Shown here one piece after another: positions 1-9,655 of a stretch of 64,000 nt of DNA. The notes under the pieces are model-generated. The model did not search any database, was not told where the DNA came from, and saw nothing but the letters and a program-made list of their open reading frames with translations. The translations under genes were made by a program, and so were the position numbers. Source of the stretch: Mytilus californianus (Eukaryota); contig NW_026262593.1 of NCBI RefSeq assembly GCF_021869535.1, positions 46,996,001 through 47,060,000 on the forward strand, read 5' to 3'. Every line of letters begins with the position of its first letter. Position 1 is the stretch's first letter.

Positions 1-322
1 TGGGGAAATCGAGAAATCGGGAAATTGGGAAATCGAGAAATCGGGAAATCGAGAAAGCGAGAAAGCGAAAACGCTAAATTGAGAAATCTATTTCCCGTTT
101 TCGAGTTTTCGCCTTCGCGTTTTCGCGTTTTGGCTTTCTTGCTTTCTTGATTTCTCGATTTCCCGATTTCCCGTTTTCTGGATTTCCCGATTTCTCAATT
201 TCGCTTTTTCAATTTCTCGATTTTCCGATTTCCCGATTTCTCGATTTCGCAATTTCGCGTAAAAGTGAAAGGAGAAAACGCGAAAACGCGAAAAGGCGAA
301 ATGGCCGCATCCGACCACCATA
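1..322. mobile_element. Right end of a foldback/MITE-like element made of 8-9 bp units (GAGAAATC/GGGAAATC) whose orientation flips near 88
   Basis: 1-87 are GAGAAATC/GGGAAATC repeats and 88-258 are their reverse complements (GATTTCTC/GATTTCCC). A short CG-rich terminus ends ...GCATCCGACCACCATA. The left end is outside the window. Lies in an intron of the NIT-GC gene. Confidence 0.6.
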
Positions 323-453
323 GGATAGTGATTACTGTAGACGAACTACGTAGACCACTCGGCCATCGACGTCATTCTATGGCAGATGTGGTTGTCATTG
401 TAATACTAGCACGTATCGAATAAGTAAGTAATGAATAAAATTAAAGTAAAAAC

Positions 454-746
454 CTGATACCACCATGTAGCCATCTCCGACTGTTTCCACTTTATACGTA
501 TCATAGATACTAATTCTATCATCAAAACACGAAAACAACGTGTTCAACATGTCTGTTACTTGAAAGGGTGAACTGTTTGACGACAGCTGAGTGAAACCGA
601 CCATGTCGCTTTGAAATATTGTACATTCTGGGAAATGTTCAGCGTTGAAGCTTCCATTCTGTTTCAGGTCCTCAGCCACTGTCCTCGGTAACATTTGGAA
701 CAAAACAGCCTCACTCTGCTTCTTTTCTCTATTCAATGCTTTGGTT
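454..746 (-). CDS. NIT-domain guanylate cyclase, coding exon 3: coiled-coil/dimerisation helix and first half of the class III cyclase domain
   Basis: Translates [27 protein letters not shown]...[16 protein letters not shown]...[25 protein letters not shown], with both metal-binding Asp (SDMVGF, GDGY) and the GTP-specifying Glu (KVET). Acceptor AG at 748-747 is phase 2, matching the donor at 2946. The donor GT at 453-452 is at the usual VSG| position but has a weak consensus. The gene continues left of the window. Confidence 0.9.
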
Positions 747-1257
747 CTTTTATATGCAATAAACAGAAATACAGAATGAATAAGATTAAACTTGTTATAA
801 ATACATGTAGCATTATTGTACAGTTTCATCACACACTATAACATTAAAAGTACTTTCATTAACATCTAAAAGGGATCGAAATTGTTAATTTGATCTTTTA
901 AAAAAACTTAGTAAGTATGTGATGAATTTATTGAACACATAAAAAATGTAAATGCAGTTTGTGCATATTTTACGAAATACGTGTAGGTGTTATGTGTTTG
1001 AACGAATGCATGTTAATTTCACACGATCTAGGGTAAAAGTCAATGATACAGCAACCTAACGACACAAAAAAAATCAAAGGACATCCAGAGGTCAACATAC
1101 AGGCTTCAACAATAGTCGTGTCTAAACATAATGTAGAGCTTTAAGTCGCCTAGAATCTCAATAAGTTACGAATAAATTTAACAGAGACTATCACTGATAT
1201 GCCATCAGCAAAAAATTTCCGAAAGAAAAAAAGTAAAAATATACATCAACATATGAT

Positions 1258-1990
1258 TAAAATAAAAATAAGGAGATGTGGTATGATTGCCAATGAGACA
1301 AATATCCACCAAAGTTCAAATGAAGTGGATTTAAGCAATTATAGGCAACCGTACGTCCTTCAACAATGAGAAAAACTCATACCGTATGCTCGGCTATAAA
1401 AGGCCCCGACATGAAAAATATGAAACAATTCAATTGAGAAAACTAACGGCCTAATTTATAACAAAACAGCTTACGAAATAAAAGATATGACAGACATGAA
1501 CCAACGACAACCACTGAACTACAGGTTCCTGACTTAGGACAAGCACATAAAGAATGTGGCAGGTTTAAACGTGTTTGTGAGCGCTCAAACCTCCCTCTAA
1601 CCTGGGACAGTGGTTTAACAGTACATCATAAGAACAAACTATAAAAATCAGTTGAAAAAGGCTTAACTCATCAGATGGATACAAATAGAAACACCTCTAA
1701 CAAAAACACAAAGTGGACGTGGACGGGTACTTATACATCCCAAAAACAAAAAGACAATAAGTACAGATCTGAGAGTACTCGCAGTTATTAATGACAGCTA
1801 GTTCAAAGCCAATAACAAACCAATGAAAAAAATAATGTACCTAAGACTAGAATATCAATCAGTACATATCCAACATCCAATGGATTTAGTGTAAAGACGT
1901 CATTAACAGTCAGAGAAAAGCATGACCTTGTACAATGCCAAACTATAAGTATCGACAGATTGTAGTACCGCGAAAATACATATGTGTAAT
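1258..1990 (-). repeat. 3' portion of an abundant interspersed repeat family (probable 3' UTR of the adjacent Penelope-like element)
   Basis: Directly adjoins the RT C-terminal relic at 1993-2435. Related pieces recur at about 9090-9410, 12340-12620, 20260-20800, 24190-24620, 26050-26290, 35500-35760, 37280-37520, 45430-45770, 56760-56950 and 59490-60030 (shared motifs TGTTTAACCCCGCC, CTGTCCCAAGTCAGGA, ATACCACATCTCCTTATTTT). Confidence 0.7.
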
Positions 1991-1992
1991 AT

Positions 1993-2435
1993 TTAGTATG
2001 GTTTTAATTTACTGATAACAAAATCAATATTTACACCAATAAAAACAATATTCAAAGATATAATTACAGTTTTGAAAAGGTAACCTTTTAGAATAAGTTT
2101 ATTTAAAGGACTAATAATTTTACCAGGATCGTATCTAAATTTCCGGGCTCGGTTTACAACATCATCGTAAAATTTAGGATTTGCTATTCCGTTTGAAATA
2201 AGTTTTCTACAGGTACAGCCAAACTTGTAGACCAAATTTTGTATCTATGAAAGAATTTTGTAAAGGTTTTAAGTAATTTGTGGTAACGAAATCCCTGACA
2301 TAATAATTTACTAGTAGTACATAGATTACGCTCATTAAAATCCAAAACGTCACTACAAACACGAGCATAGCGAACGAGTTGGGATATATAAACACCGTAA
2401 GACGGTTCCAAAGGAACATAGACAACCACGGACAA
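1993..2435 (-). mobile_element. Penelope-like retroelement reverse transcriptase C-terminal relic (frameshifted)
   Basis: Overlapping ORFs give PSYGVYISQLVRYARVCSDVLDFNERN...KLLCQGFRYHKLLKTFTKFFHRYK then KFYDDVVNRARKF...LILKGY. YGVYISQLxRY is the motif I recognise from Penelope-like RT thumb regions. Confidence 0.75.
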
Positions 2436-2946
2436 GGTTCTTGACTTCAGAAAGGCACATGAACATGTGACGTAATTAACAATCTCAATCTCTTAATCTC
2501 GATCAGTGGACAAAAAAGGCTCATAAACGAACATTGCACAATGAAAACCAGTACAGAAATTTTAGACCTTGCTCAAGGTACCAATCGAAGAATTCTTTAT
2601 TCCTGTTATTACTGAAGTGGGAATCAACAAATTTGAATTCATATATAGTCAGTATTAGCAAAACCAAGTGCGAGAAATTATTGAGTGCTGTCTTTCACGC
2701 AACAATTGCATTGCATAAACAATAATTGGTTCCTCTATGCAAACTGTTGACATGGATTTAGTATATTATTGGAATATCCACAAGAGTCTAAATGACGTGC
2801 ATGAAAGCAACTACAGGTCCCTGCACGACCTTCAACAACGAGCATAATATCCCTACCGTAAGTCAGCTATCAGGCCCCATTATGAATAAATGTGAAACAA
2901 TTCAAACGAAAAAAAAAAACAAACGGCCTTACCTATGACTACTTAC

Positions 2947-3994
2947 TTTTTAGCGATGTTTAATGAGTACTTTTGGATATTTGATGTCAATTTGTATACA
3001 AAAAGGATTATGACTGGACTTATGATTACAATTCCGGAAAAGATAACACCTGCTATTATCATTTCTTTCAAATCAGCATTGGAGTTGTTTTTTAGAAGTC
3101 TGTTGATCTTAGCGGTTAACAATATCTGTGCAGATTTCATAACATCCATATAGATACTCATGTTTGCAAACCACCGGTTTGCCTTTTCAAGCGATCCTTC
3201 CGAGACTGATGAATTATTAGCTTTTATATCTTCTCTCAAATCGTTTATTACACGCAATGTTTGATTTTGAGCGTCAAGTGTTGTATGATAAATATCGTAA
3301 GCCGTAACGGAATACATTCTTGCAGATTCAAAATGTGTTTTTGCACTGTTTTGACTTTCCATAAAGAGTAAATAGTGCGTCCGGTCCACGAATGCACCTG
3401 TCGCGTAGTAATATATGCCATATCCTCTCTCTCGACCAATATACTCGCTGGCTATGATCAATTCTTGATAGCCCACTAGTGTTTTCCATATAGTTCCAGT
3501 ATCCAACTCATTAACTGAATCATACATCCACTTTATAAATATTTCAATAGTCTGCGAGTAAAAGCTTATTTCATCAGTTGCTGTCGCATTATTAGAATCC
3601 AGTTCGTATCGATGTCTATTCAGAAAATAAACGAAATGTTCGCGTGACTGGAATTCTTTCTGTTTATTACGCGTACTAACAGGCCACGAGGATAAAGTAT
3701 CTAAAGCGGCATCTGTTTCCGGATATGCAAGTAATAGTTCTCTTTTTGAATCAAAGCCAATTTGACTTAAATAAAGGGAGCTCATATCTCGTTCTTTTTG
3801 CAGGGCCTGTAGAAATCCACCAAGCTGTACTCCAAAATCTATTTTTTCGGCTATTTCATCGGTATTGATGTAACTTGATAAAGATTTAGAAAAACCCACT
3901 GCAGTGATAGTTGACAATATCAGTAATGGAAATAAAACAACTGCCAGCATTTTTGCCATTTGTTTTCTCTGTCCAATAATCGTAATTGGATTAC
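2947..3994 (-). CDS. NIT-domain guanylate cyclase, coding exon 2: TM1, extracellular NIT (nitrate/nitrite-sensing type) domain, TM2
   Basis: 1048-nt open exon. Acceptor TTTCAG at 3996-3995 (phase 1), donor GTAAGT at 2946 (phase 2). Hydrophobic segments MLAVVLFPLLILSTITAVGF and MIIAGVIFSGIVIISPVIILFVY flank a helical domain with the two NIT Arg motifs LQKERD and SEYIGRERG. Confidence 0.9.
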
Positions 3995-4776
3995 CTGAAA
4001 TGCATAAATCCATCGAAGTATTACATAGTTGCAGGGTTTTTCGAAAAGTGAATCGTTAATTTAGTTTGTTCAATTGTGAATACCAAACGAATAATCCAAA
4101 TGAATGAATGATACAAACTAGTGTGGGAAAGACAATAGTAAAGTCATTTTAAATGTCTATCGTACAGTAGGATCACGCAAATGATTCCATTAAATCACGT
4201 GTCTGTAGTCCATATGAAGTAAATTTTTCATTAATTTATTTGCGGATTTATGGTCGCATGAAACAACTGATCTCTAAAATTTATTTGGTTCAAGATACCA
4301 ATTAAGTGACGAAAATTCATGTTTTTTTTTTCTTTCAAATCGATGAATATTTCGCACGTTTCAATTTTCCAACCAACTACCCGAACAATGTACCTTGTGT
4401 TGCCATAAAAAAAAATTAAAAAAAACAGAGAAAAAAATCTACCGAAAGACAAAATGCATATTACTGAACAAATGACAAAAAGGCCCACAAAAGACATCTA
4501 GAGGGTAGGATCCAGTCTTCGATAATTGATAGATTTCTATACAATGTGTCAGGCTCTAAATTGTCCCCGAGTCTATACAATTATGATCTGATTAAACAGA
4601 AACAATCTGTGCCACCCAAGCCAAATTCTCCACACACACAAAAAAAAATTAATATATGACGTAAGACGAGCACTAACGAGCTTCGTGACTCTGGACACGA
4701 TAATGTGGTGGGATTCAGTTTCTTTATCTTTGATATCAAATCTCCCCCTTTTCTTGATCAGTAGACTCCGCATGTG

Positions 4777-4870
4777 GAGCAGGATCTGCTTACACTTCCA
4801 GAGCATCTGAGATTACCCCCAGTTTCAGTGGGGTTCGTGTTGCTCCTTCTTTAGTTTTTTTATATTGTGT
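4777..4870 (+). repeat. Fragment of a second Penelope-associated repeat (GGAGCAGG...CTTCCGGAGCAC...GGGTTCGTG family)
   Basis: The same motif recurs in reverse at about 19170-19230, 19520-19565, 36745-36850 and 40900-41000. The last copy adjoins the RT relic at 41080-41280. Confidence 0.6.
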
Positions 4871-5019
4871 ATTGTATACTGTTGGTTGCCGTTTGGTCGG
4901 TTTTCTTTTTTTTTTTTTGACATGGCGTGTTTGTCATCGATTTATATGTTTGATTCTCCCACTTTGATATCTTCCGCCTATCTTTAACAAAACATGCATA
5001 CAAGAATACAGCGCTACGG

Positions 5020-5350
5020 CAATAAAAATCAATTAAGGTTCTGGTGGACTATCAGTCCCCGAGGATATCGTCAACTCAGTAGTCAGTATTTCGGTACGGA
5101 CATTTTATTAAATATAACAAACCTTTCTAAAAGTGTCCGTTTATAAATTTAGAAATTATAAAGAAACTAAGGTTTCAACTCCCTCAGAAAAAGTTGAACT
5201 TAGAAGGATTTGACTATTTTTGTAGATTCTTTTTGGTCATATAGCTCTTCAACTGTTTCGGATATTATACATCCTGGTCTTTTGAGTACTAGTATTCGGC
5301 TTTTAGCGTTCCTGGTGAAGGTAAATCCAGAGAAGCGCTTCAGACGCATG
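5020..5350 (+). mobile_element. Degenerate hammerhead-ribozyme-bearing repeat (Penelope pLTR/retrozyme-like)
   Basis: Ends in TAGCGTTC-CTGGTGA-AGGTAAATCCAGAGAA-GCGC-TTC-AGACGC, a mutated CUGAUGA...GAAA core. The upstream part resembles the element at 13010-13200. Confidence 0.55.
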
Positions 5351-5432
5351 ACATCTATAAAGTGTTGTTTTCCTTTTTTTAAGGAATAGCACTTAACTGA
5401 AAATAACTGTATGATAAATAACAAATAAACAA

Positions 5433-5647
5433 TTAGTTTCTTGTGTATAATTTGGAGTTTAGTATGACGTCCATTATCACTGAACTAGTAATAGTATACA
5501 TATTTGTTTAGGGGCCAGCTGAAGGACGCCTCTGGGTGCAGTAGTTTCTCGCTGCATTGAAGACCCATTGGTGGCCTTCGGCTGTTGTCTGCTCTATGGT
5601 CGGGTTGTTGTCTCTTTGACACATTCCCCATTTCCATTCTCAATTTT
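5433..5647 (+). repeat. Young interspersed repeat, 5'-truncated copy
   Basis: Nearly identical to about 20010-20219 (...GGGCCAGCTGAAGGACGCC...GACACATTCCCCATTTCCATTCTCAATTTT). A reverse fragment lies at about 24105-24160. Confidence 0.8.
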
Positions 5648-6346
5648 AAAATATAATCAAATTATATTATCATGATTATAATAAAGGATACTCGAAGTTA
5701 CTGAAAGCAAGCTCAAAGTACGCATCCTGTCGATATGAAACCACGCCGTTCTATAGTATATATCCCTTATTTTTCTATTAATATCAGTTGTTGGACATTA
5801 TACATGCATGACATTAATACACAATTATTGACTTTTGATGAGGATAAAACAATGATTTATCAACCCCAGAGATTTGATATTCACCGAGGTCAATGGCTAA
5901 TCATGCAATTTGCGGATTGGTTACTTTGGCAAGGGATATGAGCCCATATCTCATATGAACAAAAACGAAGATCAGACTGGTACTTAATGTAGAAAGCAAG
6001 ACACTCCAGAGTATTATAATTGATGTTCGGGGTTTACATGAGATATGGTATCATATTCCCTGTCTGCGACCTATATCTTTTTTCGCCTGACGCCTCAGGG
6101 AATGTAAAACACTGACAGGAAATGTGATCATATTTCCCCTGTGAAGAATCGGAATAACATTATAGTGCGATTTAAAAAGCGTATATTGAAGCTACCTTTT
6201 GAGGAGTTTTTGTGTTTTATGTGGTTGCTATGTAATTGATGTATACTCAACCATTCCTCTTATGTATAATCAAAGCCACCGTCCAGCCCCATCTCGTCAT
6301 AATCCCAACCCACAAAATAGTGTTTTATAACATACCGATGACTTAC

Positions 6347-6545
6347 CAACACATATTCTTCTGCATGATTGATTTGGTGCTGAATGCAGCATACTCATAA
6401 TGGCCTCATTGAGATCATTCTGTGAGAACGTAGAACTAGATCGAGTGCTGATGGAATATCTTCTTCCTCGAGGTCCAGCGGCCTCTGATTTCAAGCTCCT
6501 CATGGATATTTCAATAGGGATGATTTTGTTATTTAGTGCCGCCAT
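6347..6545 (-). CDS. NIT-domain guanylate cyclase, probable first coding exon (cytoplasmic N-terminal tail)
   Basis: ATG at 6545-6543, open for 66 codons (MAALNNKIIPIEISMRSLKSEAAGPRGRRYSISTRSSSTF...CRRICV). Canonical donor G|GTAAGT at 6346 is phase 1, giving CVG-NPITIIG when joined to 3994. Confidence 0.75.
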
Positions 6546-8709
6546 TCTGCTTATCTAAATTTAATATTGTTTTGAAGAACTGTAATTTTACATAAAATCG
6601 GTGTATACAGTTCTAATGTAAATTTGACTTTGTGAAATTATTAGCACAAAAACTCATGATATATATATTTTTTTTAAACCAACGAATAATACGATCCCCA
6701 AAAAGCATTTAGGGCATACATGTGCATAAGGATTGTTTTTCATTTAGTGCTTAGGAGTAATCAGGCCATTGGTTTTCTCTTTTAAATTGTATTCATTTGT
6801 CATCCCGCTTCTACGAGTTTTGATCATTGTTAAGACCGTACGGCGACCTGTAGTTCTTCACAACAATGTCAGTTGGTCTTTGGTGGATAATAGTTGTCTG
6901 ATTTGAAATCTTACCAGACCTTATTTCATACAGTTTAAAATTTTGAATCATGATTTTTGAGAATTTGTATGTTTGAACAAATTTTCATTAAAACTAAAAT
7001 ATGGTAAATAAATGAGGAAAAAATATAAAGACAATTCATTTGAGATTTTTTTTATTCCGGTCATTTTGATGTATTAAATTTGATCTTTAATGCTTGCGTT
7101 AAAAGACGTACATTATAAGTTTCCAAAACCATATAATCTTATAAACATAAAATATATTTTGGATTTAATTTTACTTAAACTGCCATGAATCTATGGTAGG
7201 ACAGACAAACTCCAAGGACATTTACTTAAAAAAAAACCAAAATGATATGACATATTGTTCGTGATGTTGTGAAAATAATAATAATGATAATAATAATAAT
7301 ATTAACTTCAAGGATACTGCCTCATTCAGAAACAAATTTCCTAATTCTTTTATTTTCCGCAGTTATTCTTTATACTTTTGCACCCCATTATTCTCCAGTC
7401 TTTAACTTTTTTTGCTCATTTTTCTCTATTTTTTTTTTTTTCTTCATTATTCTCTATTCTGTAAAGACCACCCAGACCCTCCTATAGTGAAATATTGCTA
7501 CTTTATGTACAGACAACTGTGTGAAAAGATGTTCTCGTATTTAAACCGGAAATAAAAATAAAGGAACGAAGCAAATTAGAAGGACAAAGTAATAAGAATG
7601 TAGGCATGATAAAATCAAAAGGAAATTGTCATATTTCAAAATGTCTTACCTTATCTTACAGGTACCACGGATAAATGATCTAATAAACTTTTTATTTGCG
7701 TCTTACTTCACAAAACCATGTCGCATGATATGTGCTAAAGAGTTGAAATGGTGATAATTAGCTTAAATTAAGTGAAAATGATTACAATTAGTGTTTAGTT
7801 TATTGACGCAATAATCATGTTTTCTTGTTAAAAAGCAAGGAATGTTATTTGTCCAAATATGGTATAAAATATGCAGTTCAAAGATCAACTTAAAACGTGT
7901 TCCGTCTAGAATATTGTGTTAAATATCGTATAAACCAAAACATTGTGTTGACGGCCTTGCGGTTATCCACCCCTAGCATTGCTAAATGCTGATAACTTTT
8001 AATTATCAGTTCATTAGAATTCCATACCACTTTTTTTTAATATTGATAATTTGAAACTTAAATTTTAAAGAATCTGTAAGTCAATAGAAATAAGCAAATA
8101 AGTTTATTGAAATAAAGGCCAAACATTGGTTTTAAAATATCTTCAGTTATATAATGTACAACAAAATTATTATCACTGATACCACGGTTGAGGATATTAT
8201 ATAGATTTATCCTTGAATTGACCCGTTTCTTCTATACAAATATACGTTTATAGTCGCCTGGTATTCCGCTTCTGTTGTTAGCGACTGGTTATATTCAAAT
8301 TATTGGTTACGTCACAGTTACGGTCCGCGTTCAAGTCGTGGTGATTTCATATTAAAAATTTTTTTTTTTAAAAATCCAACGGTTGGGAAGTAAAAAAACT
8401 ATACGTTAAAGAGTAAATATTAAATTGCAGGAAGGAAACAATGTTCGTACATTGTAGGAAAATATCAAATGTTACTTATTGTATTTGTACTTGCTACGAA
8501 ACAACAGAAAAGCTCGGCGAGCTTCACTTTTCTCTCTGTTTCGAAAGTTCATACAAATAAATTTTAAATATTTCCAACAATGTACGAATATTGTCTAGGC
8601 ATGACAGTATTATTATAGGCGGTGAATGTACCGGTAATTATAATATTATCTTGCTTCAACTGAATTCCCGAGCTACGCTCTCTTTTTCTTTTGCCCCCAC
8701 CCCTTTCTT

Positions 8710-8727
8710 TGTGTGTGTGTGTGTGTG
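8710..8727. repeat. (GT)n microsatellite
   Basis: About 8-9 GT units. Confidence 0.85.
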
Positions 8728-9655
8728 GAGGGGGGTGGGGATTAAGCATTCAAATATTTCTATAAAAACAAATTGAGCGTCGAATTCGAATCGCCCTGAA
8801 TACATATATACAAGTAATATTTGTCACTGGACGTTAATAAAACAGATCATACCATCAAGAAATAATTTCTCAAATTTCGATTCTTGAAAATCTATTCAAG
8901 TTTACAGCCATTTGGCTAAAATTTACTTCTTTTCTCAATACTGTAAATATTCTTTTGAAAATACACGTTCAACTTGTCGAATTGGTCTATTTCATTATGA
9001 AGAATGAACGACATGTAAATATGAATAATGATGCAGGATGAAGGTCAGAGCGACAGAAACACAATGACACAGACAAGTCAAAACTAGGTCACAAACATGT
9101 TTAACCCCGCCACATTCTTTATGTGCCTGTCCCAAATCAGAAGCCAGTAATTCAGTGATTGTCGTTAGTTCATATCTGTCATATTAATTTTTTTCGTAAC
9201 TTGTGTTGTTATAAATCAGGCCGTTAGTTTTCTCGTGTGACTTGTTTCACATTTTGTATAGTCGGTGCCTTTTACAGCTGATTTTACCGTATGGGCTTTG
9301 CTCATTGTTGAAGGCCATTTATGATTGCTTACATCCACGTCATTTTAACTTTGATGGATAGTTGCATCATTACCAATCGTACCACATCATATTTTTATAT
9401 CAACATACAAAATACAACTCAGAAATACACTTCCAGTTTAAACATTTGAAATAGCACGAAGCTTTTCTTATTTTATTCAAACACACCTACTCTGTTGTTA
9501 TGACACATTAGAAAGGTATTGGTACTGTGAATGTGTAATGTTATTATATCAAAATGTAGCCTAAATATATAAAAAAATAATGGATTTGAAGCGAGACTGG
9601 TGTATCAATACTTTTGCTTTATACGTATTCAGGACAAAACAATCAACTCAAACAC

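Noticed and set aside
88-321. 77-aa ORF (REIGKSENREIEK...)
   Set aside because: It is the translation of the 8-9 bp tandem repeat, not a gene.
2943-4013. Idea that the long intron-less NIT ORF is a bacterial gene or contaminant
   Set aside because: It is bounded by canonical splice sites in phase with flanking exons, including a eukaryotic-type guanylate cyclase exon.
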